The translations under genes were made by a program, and so were the position numbers. Shown here piece after piece: positions 9,165 through 16,961 of a DNA stretch of 22,831 nucleotides. Each line of letters starts with the position of its first letter. Within the stretch, counting starts at the first letter, position 1. Below the pieces are notes generated by a model. That model worked only from the letters and a program-made list of their open reading frames with translations, was not told where the DNA came from and searched no databases. This DNA is from a virus (lineage: Duplodnaviria > Heunggongvirae > Uroviricota > Caudoviricetes), in IMG/VR virus record IMGVR_UViG_3300028789_000005, one strand, 5' to 3'.

Positions 9165-9619
9165 GCGCCGAAGCAGAACACCAGGACCTCGGACACCAGC
9201 TGCATCACGAGACCGACGTCGTCCCGCACGCCGTAACCATCCTTGGTCCATACACCGCCGTCCGTCATAATGGGCATGGCATTTCCGTTCTCATCCTTCT
9301 TCGACGCCACCTTCAAGCACGCCGTCTGGATGAACTGGAAGTCAGAGAACTCCACACCACCAGACAGGACAGTGAACGCCAGAGCGCGCACCCGGTCCTC
9401 GCCGCTGATGGCCGGTTGTTCCTCGGTTGGCTGCTCCGCGACCTGCTCTACAGACCCGCGCCGCTTGGAAGCTGCCTCTAACTCCCGTTCGGCGCGCTCC
9501 TGCATCATTCGCATGCTGATGCTCATCATACGCATGAAGATGAAGCTGCCCACGTCTGGCGACAGCTTGCGGACCTCGTACGACGCGCCCTTCAACTCCA
9601 CTACCTTGCTTCGTGACAT
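9134..9619 (-). CDS. Tail assembly chaperone (G-like)
   Basis: 161 aa between the tube and tape measure genes, AGGAG RBS, slippery heptamer near the 3' end. Confidence 0.8.
   Translation of the reverse strand: MSRSKVVELKGASYEVRKLSPDVGSFIFMRMMSISMRMMQERAERELEAASKRRGSVEQVAEQPTEEQPAISGEDRVRALAFTVLSGGVEFSDFQFIQTACLKVASKKDENGNAMPIMTDGGVWTKDGYGVRDDVGLVMQLVSEVLVFCFGAFFESTAPGL
9158..9164 (-). promoter_or_regulatory. -1 programmed ribosomal frameshift heptamer TTTTTTC
   Basis: The minus strand reads GCT TTT TTC GAG in the chaperone frame (X XXY YYZ). A -1 shift enters the 8916 ORF frame (F-F-R-V-H-R-P-W). Confidence 0.7.
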
Positions 9620-9632
9620 TTCTTGCTCCTTA

Positions 9633-10088
9633 CTACTGGTTGATTACGTTGGCCGCCATCAGCTTCCAGGTCACACGCTGGCCATTGGCCTCGTATGGCT
9701 TGTCTGGCACCTTGTCAAAACTGCAGCCGGTCAGTGTGTGCTGCGTACCGTCCGTCAGCATACGGAAGCTGATGGATGTAGCCGCCCAGCCGCTGACGTC
9801 GTCGTTGTTCGCGGCCAGCAAGCACTGATTCCACAGATCCAGCAGGTCCGAGTGCAGTGAAGACGACTCCTGCACGTTGATGTCGAGCTCGCCGTTATCA
9901 CCAGCGATGTACGACACCATTACCGTACCATCTGCCGCCACATCGTGCGCCGACCGGGTGGTCGACATACGAATGGAAAAGCTGCCGGCTCCGATGTTGC
10001 CGCCGGTCAGCGGGATGGTTACGCCAAAGACGTCGTTCGTTAGAACGCCCGTCAGACTCTTGAATGAATAAGTTGCCCCTTGTCCCAA
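9633..10088 (-). CDS. Tail tube protein (DUF3277-like)
   Basis: 151 aa, TTG start with AAGGA upstream. Motifs TYSFKS..G, VAADG.VMVS and G.L.INVQESS; directly after the sheath gene. Confidence 0.85.
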   Translation of the reverse strand: MGQGATYSFKSLTGVLTNDVFGVTIPLTGGNIGAGSFSIRMSTTRSAHDVAADGTVMVSYIAGDNGELDINVQESSSLHSDLLDLWNQCLLAANNDDVSGWAATSISFRMLTDGTQHTLTGCSFDKVPDKPYEANGQRVTWKLMAANVINQ

Positions 10089-10119
10089 GACAGATTCCTT
10101 TTCTTCCGCTCAGGCGGAC

Positions 10120-11748
10120 TTACAGTTGAACAAACACTCCGATTGTCAAGCTTTGAACCGCACCCGCCGTGGTGATGAACGTGTAGATCGGCATGGCCTT
10201 GCCGGCGTCGCGATCGGCCGTCAATTGCTGCGAATACGGCTGTGACAAGTTCAGGAAGCCAGAAGGAAGAGCTTGGCCATTCGTAATCGACAACCCTGTA
10301 ATGTTGATCGAAGCGCCCTGCCAAGTATTGCCGGCGAGGAAGCCGATATTCGCCATGAACGTGCACGCCGAATTCGCGGCCTGGATAAGCAGATGCTCGC
10401 CAGCATTCGTCTGCGGAACAGCTGCCTCCGACTGCAGTACGGCCATCTCCGCGCTCTGGATCTGCGCCACCAACATGGCCAGATTCAGCCACAAGTATGA
10501 TGGTGACCCGTTGGACATGAAACCCGGCTCCTCCAACTCGAAGTTCTGGAAGTTGCCGAACACATTGAAGCCGGCCGACAGGATATTGGCGTACTGGGTC
10601 TGCGACAGCGGCTCTGGGGCGATACCTACCAGTGTCTTGTGCGCCACTGTGAAGAAGCTCCCGGCGAGTCCGGTATTAAGGCCCATCTCCACGCCCATCA
10701 ACGCCACAGCCGCATAGACATTGTTCGGGAACAATCCGCCCTGCGTCGTGCCGTACTGGCCAAGTACGCGCAGCGACAGCGTTTGCAATTGCAGAGCTAC
10801 ATTGTTCGCAGTGCCAGCTGGAATGCCGACCGAATTCGAATACGGGTAGTAGCGCGTGCTCTGCCACAGCGGGTCGGCCCACTCGCTGATGGCGATGTTG
10901 TCTGCGTCAGCGGGCGCGTTCACCGTGAGCCCGTACCACGCGCCGCTGGCGATCCGGCACGCCGTGGCGGCCTGCAGCAGCGACTCGCCGATGGCGGTGA
11001 TGTCCACCTTCAGGCCGTTTCCGGTGGATGGCGAGATCGCCGTGCACGTCAGACCGTTGGCCATGCTGTAGCCGGTGCCCTGCGTCGGCACGCTGAACGT
11101 CAGGATCTGCCCCGTCGAGCCGACCGTGAGCGCCTGGCCCACGCCGTAGTTGGCGCTGCCCTGCACGATGTTGAACTGGTCGCCGACGTCGAAGCCCTCG
11201 CCGACGTAGCCCACGCTCGTCTGCGCGGTGGTGACGGTGGTGGTGGCTGGCGCCGCCAGTACGGCGACGGTGCCGCTGGTGACCGACGCGACGGTCGTTA
11301 CCAGTGCGGCCCCTGCCACTCCGGCTCCGGCCACGATGACCGGGGTTCCGACGTCGCCGGACACGAAGGCGGCGGTGGCGGAGGTGAGGAACGTCGGGTT
11401 GGTGACGCTGGACATCGCGCCGTCGTTCACGGTGCGCCCGTCCAGGACGACGGTGCCTATGGCGGTGAGGTCCTGCCGACCGACAGCGAACTGGGCCGCC
11501 GCAGGGCTCTGCGAGAAGTAGATCTGTGCCGCAATGTACTCTGGTGAACTGGTTGTGAATCCGGCAAGTTGCATGGCCGACGTGCTGGTGAACAACTGCA
11601 CGCGGCTGTTGGCTCCGTACGAAGGAATGATGGTGCTCGGTCCTACGAACAATCCTACGTTGAAAGAGTTGACGGCTGGTGCTGTGGGAGACACCGTAAC
11701 CGTGATGTCAATGATGTTGGATAGCGCCAGAGGCGGCGTAACGGCCAT
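10120..11748 (-). CDS. Contractile tail sheath protein (DUF3383 family) with inserted domains
   Basis: 542 aa with LSNIIDITVTVSP, SPEYIAAQIYFSQSP...VGR, HKTLVGI.PE.L, VPQTNAG and AG.VQSL.I motifs. AAGGAG RBS. Confidence 0.9.
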   Translation of the reverse strand: MAVTPPLALSNIIDITVTVSPTAPAVNSFNVGLFVGPSTIIPSYGANSRVQLFTSTSAMQLAGFTTSSPEYIAAQIYFSQSPAAAQFAVGRQDLTAIGTVVLDGRTVNDGAMSSVTNPTFLTSATAAFVSGDVGTPVIVAGAGVAGAALVTTVASVTSGTVAVLAAPATTTVTTAQTSVGYVGEGFDVGDQFNIVQGSANYGVGQALTVGSTGQILTFSVPTQGTGYSMANGLTCTAISPSTGNGLKVDITAIGESLLQAATACRIASGAWYGLTVNAPADADNIAISEWADPLWQSTRYYPYSNSVGIPAGTANNVALQLQTLSLRVLGQYGTTQGGLFPNNVYAAVALMGVEMGLNTGLAGSFFTVAHKTLVGIAPEPLSQTQYANILSAGFNVFGNFQNFELEEPGFMSNGSPSYLWLNLAMLVAQIQSAEMAVLQSEAAVPQTNAGEHLLIQAANSACTFMANIGFLAGNTWQGASINITGLSITNGQALPSGFLNLSQPYSQQLTADRDAGKAMPIYTFITTAGAVQSLTIGVFVQL

Positions 11749-11757
11749 GGTTCTCCT

Positions 11758-12360
11758 TTATTCGTTCGTTGTTACGTCGGCCAGCAGGCCGTCTTCTGTG
11801 AATACCTTGTTTTCAACGCTTATAACAGCGCCGTCGGATATGGTCTCTGTGATTTGCTCATACATGACTACGCTGAAGTCGGACCGATCGAACCACTGTG
11901 CATTTGTTTGTTCAGGGATGCGCGTCGGTTCGGCGAAGTCGGACACTGGATAAAGCTGCTGCAACGAAAGCAGGTCGTTGAAGTAATCCATGAAGAATGC
12001 GGAGTGGATGGCGCGTGCTCGGTCCGTGCTGTTCGGCCCATACAGCACCCAGTTGACACGCCAGCCGCGTGTGTACATCCATGTCTCGACCACTGGCCCA
12101 GTACCAGAGAATGTCCGATCTCTTACCAGCCGGTAGTCCACGTTCTCTGGCACGCAGCTGATGAAGCAGACGTCAACATCTGGACGAGCGATGAATGGCT
12201 GCCCCTCGGTCTGCCAGTCCACACGCACCACGCTGTAATCCGGTGGGTTGATGCCAATCATGCCGCACGTCATAGGCTGTATGATGGCGTTGATTTGCGC
12301 CACCGTAAGTGCGCTGGAAACAAGTGTTTGACCATTGGGATAGGGCGTAGAAGTCGGCAC
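11758..12360 (-). CDS. Tail terminator / neck protein
   Basis: 200 aa, GTG start overlapping the upstream TAG. Motifs VRVDWQTEGQP, W.LYGPNS.D.A and PEQ.NAQWFDRSD; directly before the sheath gene. Confidence 0.75.
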   Translation of the reverse strand: MPTSTPYPNGQTLVSSALTVAQINAIIQPMTCGMIGINPPDYSVVRVDWQTEGQPFIARPDVDVCFISCVPENVDYRLVRDRTFSGTGPVVETWMYTRGWRVNWVLYGPNSTDRARAIHSAFFMDYFNDLLSLQQLYPVSDFAEPTRIPEQTNAQWFDRSDFSVVMYEQITETISDGAVISVENKVFTEDGLLADVTTNE

Positions 12361-12935
12361 TAGGCGGCGTCCATTCTGCGGGCCAAGGCTTTGAAGTACC
12401 CGCCCCCTGGATCTCTGTAGACCGAGATCACTCGGTACTGCTCATGCTCATACTGCAAGATGTCGCTGGCCGCCGCGCCTACGTAGGCCGTGAATGGCCA
12501 CGTGATGTAGAGCGTGCCGACGACGGAATTCGTGAATGTAAGTACGTTGCCGACTATCATGTAGTCGATGCCAGGAATCTGCAGCAAACCGTTGACGTAC
12601 ACGGTGGCGGTGTCTTCAGGCGGTACTTCTGATAGTGTGTAGGTAGTACCAGAACCAGCTGGAACCTCACCGTGAGTGCTGGGAACCGGAGCAGTTCCGC
12701 GCGTTACGTATAAGGCTTGCGTCCACCAGAAAGCACGCACACCTTCTACGCGGTCGGCTTCTGGCAGCATCTGTATTTCTTTCGGAGACAATTGCTGGAC
12801 TGGACCGAATGCCTGCAGCGGTGTAACTGTTGACTGCACTCCGCCCAGCACCCACGTATCCGTGCTGCGGAATATGGTGAACGGCTTCGGCGCTATCATG
12901 TCGGGATCGACGACTACATCGGCTACTGAGATCAC
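12360..12935 (-). CDS. Head closure / stopper protein with an inserted beta module
   Basis: 191 aa with ISVADVVVDPD, G.VQQLSPKEIQMLPEADR and DILQY..EQYRV motifs; ~60-aa internal insertion. Confidence 0.75.
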   Translation of the reverse strand: MISVADVVVDPDMIAPKPFTIFRSTDTWVLGGVQSTVTPLQAFGPVQQLSPKEIQMLPEADRVEGVRAFWWTQALYVTRGTAPVPSTHGEVPAGSGTTYTLSEVPPEDTATVYVNGLLQIPGIDYMIVGNVLTFTNSVVGTLYITWPFTAYVGAAASDILQYEHEQYRVISVYRDPGGGYFKALARRMDAA

Positions 12936-13240
12936 AGGTCCATCTTCTCAGCATTCTCCCATTGGTCTGGGTAGGTTCCGTGCGTTTTAACCGCCGATTC
13001 TTTGATGGATGGGAGCTCCTCCGCCACCTTGATTCGATCGCTGCCATCGCCGTCTACGCTTATCCCGGCTACGCAGGAATGACCAATATCACCCAGCCAT
13101 TTGATGAATGAAATGTGGCGCGCCAACCTGTCTACGAAATCTTTGGGACCAGTAATGGTGAGTGTAATAGTAGATTGTTCCTGCGCATCATACCCGCGAA
13201 TCTTGCTGAGCTTGCGCTGCCGTGCTCCCCAATCCAACAT
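12932..13240 (-). CDS. Hypothetical protein (102 aa)
   Basis: Start moved to ATG 13240, 2 nt after the neck gene stop, with GAGGA upstream; GTGA overlap with the next gene. Contains LGDIGHS...SVDGDG. Confidence 0.7.
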   Translation of the reverse strand: MLDWGARQRKLSKIRGYDAQEQSTITLTITGPKDFVDRLARHISFIKWLGDIGHSCVAGISVDGDGSDRIKVAEELPSIKESAVKTHGTYPDQWENAEKMDL

Positions 13241-13242
13241 GG

Positions 13243-13797
13243 CTATTCCTCTCTCACGACCCCTACGATCGCCGCCCTCATCGCCCCGGTGTCGATGCCA
13301 GGCACGTCGCTGCCCTTGCGCGCTATCGTCGACTTGGCGTTCGGTTCCCAACCATTCGCTTCGGTGAAGATGCGACGCGCGGCGTTCTGACCAGCGAGCG
13401 CGGCGCGCAGCATGAACTTCGCGGCCTTCTCCTTGTCTCCATCCAGGCTTGCTTTGATGGAGGCGTTGAGCTCGCGATTGATGGAGTCCTTGTTGTTCTC
13501 AATTGCCGGCTTCAACACCGGGCGCGCTGGCTGCTTATTGATGGGCGAGCCCTTCTCGAAGATAAAAAGTAGCTCGGCGTTGTTGATGTCTTCCTTCGCC
13601 GCTTTTGCAAGCTTGGCTTTCTTCTTTTTGGAGGCGGTCTTGCCGGCCATCTCAAGCAACTGCTGCTTACGAGCGTCTTTACCAGCTGCTGGAACCCCTA
13701 CATAAGCGGCCAGCTTCGTAAGGCCAGCCATGCGCTTCGCCAACGCGGTGGCACCAGACTTACGCGCTACGGTGATGGTGGGTCCTGTCTTAGGCAT
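13243..13797 (-). CDS. Neck / virion morphogenesis protein
   Basis: 184 aa with NNAELLFIFEKGSP...PARPVL and WEPNAKSTIARKGSDVPGIDTGAMR motifs, typical of this myovirus neck gene. Confidence 0.8.
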   Translation of the reverse strand: MPKTGPTITVARKSGATALAKRMAGLTKLAAYVGVPAAGKDARKQQLLEMAGKTASKKKKAKLAKAAKEDINNAELLFIFEKGSPINKQPARPVLKPAIENNKDSINRELNASIKASLDGDKEKAAKFMLRAALAGQNAARRIFTEANGWEPNAKSTIARKGSDVPGIDTGAMRAAIVGVVREE

Positions 13798-13802
13798 AAG
13801 AA

Positions 13803-13829
13803 TGCCTCAGCCATGTCGAGGCTGAGGCA
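13803..13829 (-). terminator. 10-bp hairpin with short U-rich tail (terminator-like or RBS-region structure)
   Basis: TGCCTCAGCC / GGCTGAGGCA (13803-13812 / 13820-13829), followed on the minus strand by TTCTT and the ATG at 13797. Confidence 0.45.
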
Positions 13830-13849
13830 AGTTCCTTTCGAACTTAGGT

Positions 13850-14713
13850 TTAGTCGCGTAGTCGGGCTTTACACTCTGAACAAGTGGTTCTATTTGGTGT
13901 ATTAAAGCTTCTGCAAACTTTTACCCATGGCGCTTTTTCAAAGCGTAGTACATTCTTGCATTCTACCAACGCTGAAGCACGCAGTTTACGCCAGTTTACA
14001 GTACTCACCGTTGTGGGGCGTGCTGTGTGTCCATCGCTGGGGTTTAAATGTAGCCACTTTTTACCAAATACTATTACTTTATTGCACTCTACACAGGTTG
14101 ACTTGCTTACTAAGTAAGTTCCGTTGTCTTCTACAAATTTACCGTCTACAAGTTTACTGCCTATCCTTGCCAGAGCTATTTTTCTGGCGTGTTCAGATGC
14201 CTTTGGTACTCCTAGTGCTTTGGTGGTCTTACCGCGCCTACCATTGCCAATATTAATAGAATGTTCTGGCGTAAGCTTTCTACCAAGACCTTTTTTACTT
14301 ATTCTTCTGCGCGTCTCGTCGCTTAGTTTACTGCCAATACGGGCTGTTCTTATTAACTCAATCGAAGTAGATTTATGATGTTTGCCAAAGAACGGATTAC
14401 GCCGTCCAGTAGCTACGTTACCACGTTGTGCGATGTTAAAGCCTAGTGGTACGAGACTACCGAGTCGTTCTATCCAGAATGACTCACGACTCCATAAATA
14501 CTGTTTATCTCCATCGGTAACCGTTTCTAGGACGGCATAGTCCCAATCAGAAAGAGCATCAGACATCAGTAAATGCATTTCGTCTATTTTTCTGAACGCG
14601 CGTTTAGCTTCTCTTATGTGATTTAAAAGGCGCTTCTTTAAGGTGGACTCAGTAGCACCAACATATGGTCTACGAGTAGGTCTGTGAACCAGTAAATACA
14701 CTAAACCAGGCAT
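13850..14713 (-). CDS. Free-standing GIY-YIG homing endonuclease with NUMOD3-type repeats
   Basis: Start at ATG 14713 (287 aa). LVYLL...PYVGAT...KRL..H, RESFWI and GFN motifs; repeats NPFFGKHH, KLSDETRRRIS, KLTPEHSINIG, KASEHARKIA. AT-rich (line 14041-14100 is 20/60 GC). Confidence 0.9.
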   Translation of the reverse strand: MPGLVYLLVHRPTRRPYVGATESTLKKRLLNHIREAKRAFRKIDEMHLLMSDALSDWDYAVLETVTDGDKQYLWSRESFWIERLGSLVPLGFNIAQRGNVATGRRNPFFGKHHKSTSIELIRTARIGSKLSDETRRRISKKGLGRKLTPEHSINIGNGRRGKTTKALGVPKASEHARKIALARIGSKLVDGKFVEDNGTYLVSKSTCVECNKVIVFGKKWLHLNPSDGHTARPTTVSTVNWRKLRASALVECKNVLRFEKAPWVKVCRSFNTPNRTTCSECKARLRD

Positions 14714-14719
14714 GCAGCT

Positions 14720-14729
14720 ATTATAGCTC
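14720..14729 (-). promoter_or_regulatory. Putative -10 element (GAGCTATAAT) 6 nt upstream of the GIY-YIG ATG
   Basis: Perfect TATAAT, no SD sequence; same element and spacing as in front of the HNH gene. Confidence 0.6.
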
Positions 14730-14747
14730 ACTAAATGCCCGTAGGAC

Positions 14748-15749
14748 CTACCAAAATAATCCTGGCCCCATGCCGACGACCCTTGCGAACGTGATCAACT
14801 GCTGGCCGTATATTGTCAAGTTCCACGACCCCCAGTCGGCTAAAGCTTCCAGTGTGGTGTAGCCAACGCTGACGTCACCAACACTCTTGGACGTTTGCAG
14901 TCCGAACGCTAATCCCTGCGACGCGATCTGCGCGCCGTTGAGCGGAGCAGCCTGCAACACCAACTCCTGCGTTAGCCATGTAGCGTACAGATCGTCACCA
15001 ATTACGGTGGTCGTCGTCAAAGTAACGGTGTTTCCACTGAGCGTGTAGTCTACCCCCGGTATCTTGAACACGCCGTTGATGTTCAACGACTGCAAAGTTC
15101 CGCCTGGAGGCGCTGCGCTAAGCGTGTAGACGGTGCCAGGCACTATACCGGCTGGCGTCTCGCCGTGCACGATGGTCTGCAGCGACTCGAACACCTCGCT
15201 AGAGTCGGAGCGAGCGTACAGCGTGCAGAAGTGCGCTATGTACAACTCAATCGCCACGCACCACATCTCGCACCAGCGAGCCTGCACCAGCGAAGCCACA
15301 GCCAGATTCAAGTACATCTGGATTACTCCGGTGGGAATCGGCGTAGACGCGTACACGTTCAACGTGGCGTTGACGTTGGTGACGATGGCCGAGTTATTCA
15401 GCGTTATCACGTTGCCCGATATGCCGATGATGAACGTACCCTGAGGGAACACTCCCCACGCCTGCAGAAACTGCCCGTAGTCCAAACCGTTCGTTGACGG
15501 TACGGTGACAGTCGGCTGTCCGATCTCCGTGCTGCAGCCGCTCAATGCGGTGGGCGTGCCAAAGAACTTTGGATGGATCGCCTTGAACTGATCCATGTAG
15601 TATGGCGGATTCTGGCCGAATACGAAGTTGCTTGCACCGTAGAATTCGGCGCAAGCAACTTCATACGAGTGACCCGCTCCCCATGCCGTGCCAAGCCACG
15701 CATTGAAATTCGGCGTGTTCAACGTCAGACCGCTTGTGTAACCGCCCAT
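14748..15749 (-). CDS. Head-tail adaptor (DUF4054 family) with two inserted modules
   Basis: 333 aa with FKAIHPKF, MYLNLA, LYIAHFCTL, TSKSVGDVSVGY and WNLTIYGQQL motifs. GAGG upstream. Confidence 0.85.
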   Translation of the reverse strand: MGGYTSGLTLNTPNFNAWLGTAWGAGHSYEVACAEFYGASNFVFGQNPPYYMDQFKAIHPKFFGTPTALSGCSTEIGQPTVTVPSTNGLDYGQFLQAWGVFPQGTFIIGISGNVITLNNSAIVTNVNATLNVYASTPIPTGVIQMYLNLAVASLVQARWCEMWCVAIELYIAHFCTLYARSDSSEVFESLQTIVHGETPAGIVPGTVYTLSAAPPGGTLQSLNINGVFKIPGVDYTLSGNTVTLTTTTVIGDDLYATWLTQELVLQAAPLNGAQIASQGLAFGLQTSKSVGDVSVGYTTLEALADWGSWNLTIYGQQLITFARVVGMGPGLFW

Positions 15750-15807
15750 GGGGAATCCTCTCTGAATATGTCGGGCGTCCGCGCAGATTCAACGAACGCC
15801 CTGTGGC

Positions 15808-16245
15808 TTACTTCTTGGTGCGACCGACGCTGGCAGTGATGCCACCGACTTTCGGCGCGGGCTGCACGGGAGTCATGGGCTGCCCGCCGAACGGTGCCTT
15901 CGGCTTATCATCCGGACCCTGCTCCGCGCCCTCTGCATCGTCCTTCGCGGCGATCTCGGCCTTGAGCTTATCTTCCTCGGACAGCTCTACTTCCGCTTCA
16001 GGCTCCGTCGGCTTCTCCACGATTACGGGCGCTGGCAGCGCGGCCTTGTAGCCCGGCATTTGATCAGCAGGCGTGAGGTTGATGATGCTGCCGTCCTTGA
16101 TGCCATACTTGAACGTTGGCGTGAGAGCAACCCAAAAGGGAACGGCTATGGACTGCGACGGATTGGCTTGCGCGAGAAAGCTCTTGGTGCCCTCGTCCTC
16201 GTGGACGAAGCTCTTCGAACGCTTGAATACTAGCTGCATTGGCAT
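15808..16245 (-). CDS. Hypothetical head-module protein (145 aa) with Pro/Glu-rich C-terminal half
   Basis: Start moved to ATG 16245 (AAGGAG RBS). Lies between the capsid/HNH genes and the adaptor gene. Confidence 0.7.
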   Translation of the reverse strand: MPMQLVFKRSKSFVHEDEGTKSFLAQANPSQSIAVPFWVALTPTFKYGIKDGSIINLTPADQMPGYKAALPAPVIVEKPTEPEAEVELSEEDKLKAEIAAKDDAEGAEQGPDDKPKAPFGGQPMTPVQPAPKVGGITASVGRTKK

Positions 16246-16375
16246 AACGTTGTATTCTCCTTGCTGCTTGGGTTGTAGTGCTGCGTAGACAGGGGCAGAA
16301 GAGCCTGGCGGCAAGGAGGCACCTTACTCAGCGCCACGCTGCCTACGCAACCTTGTGTTGAAAATCGAGTCCGAA

Positions 16376-16418
16376 CGTACAAATGCCCAACGCGTTTATG
16401 TCGTTGGGCATTTGTACG
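16376..16418. terminator. Perfect 17-bp inverted repeat (9-nt loop) downstream of the capsid and HNH genes
   Basis: CGTACAAATGCCCAACG (16376-16392) / CGTTGGGCATTTGTACG (16402-16418), 9 nt after the HNH stop. No strong U-tract. Confidence 0.55.
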
Positions 16419-16427
16419 GCGGTTAAT

Positions 16428-16955
16428 TTACTGTGGTGCGTATTCGCCGAAGTACTTCTTCTCCAGCATTAGACGATGCGCAATCGCTTTGTCTTTATCT
16501 ATGAACAGCTTGTTCTCATGGCATTTACCATGAACGACAATTTGCGACAGCCACTTCTGGTTGTGTGAATTCCACGAAACACCGGCCTTACCGCTACTAT
16601 TACTCTTACGAAGTCGACGTGTGTTCCAGCGATTCTGTGTGCGCGTTGCTTCGCGCAAATTTGTCCGCTTATTGTTAGCGCCGTTGCCATCGTGATGGTC
16701 AACGAGCTTTCCTTTAGGCGGCCAACGACCTTTCATAAAAGCGTAAGCTAAGATGTGAGCGCGATACTGCCTACCCTCAAATCCTATGCCTATTCTGTCA
16801 TCAGATCTACCAGTTGGAGTGCTGCCTGCCCGATCACCAGGGTTTATAAATCTACCTTGACACTTTGTATGAATTTTCCATACAAAGATGCCTTTACGTG
16901 GTTTATAGTCAAGAACTTCGCGTAGACGAGCTATAGAATGCTTAGGTTTAGCCAT
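16428..16955 (-). CDS. Free-standing HNH homing endonuclease with AP2-type DNA-binding domain
   Basis: 175 aa with YRAHILAY, VDHHDGNGANNKRTNLREAT..QN and NSSGKAGVSW...KW...I motifs. AT-rich (line 16861-16920 is 21/60 GC). Confidence 0.9.
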   Translation of the reverse strand: MAKPKHSIARLREVLDYKPRKGIFVWKIHTKCQGRFINPGDRAGSTPTGRSDDRIGIGFEGRQYRAHILAYAFMKGRWPPKGKLVDHHDGNGANNKRTNLREATRTQNRWNTRRLRKSNSSGKAGVSWNSHNQKWLSQIVVHGKCHENKLFIDKDKAIAHRLMLEKKYFGEYAPQ

Positions 16956-16961
16956 GCATTA

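Noticed and set aside
2500-11748. Tailocin, extracellular contractile injection system or T6SS
   Set aside because: Capsid, scaffold, adaptor and head closure genes are present in the same operon.
13798-14747. Group I intron around the GIY-YIG gene
   Set aside because: Both flanking genes are complete with their own start and stop, and the spacers (about 35 and 50 nt) are too short for a ribozyme core.
15773-15801. 9-bp hairpin between the hypothetical gene and the adaptor gene
   Set aside because: Modest stem with a G-U pair and no U-tract; not enough support for a terminator call.
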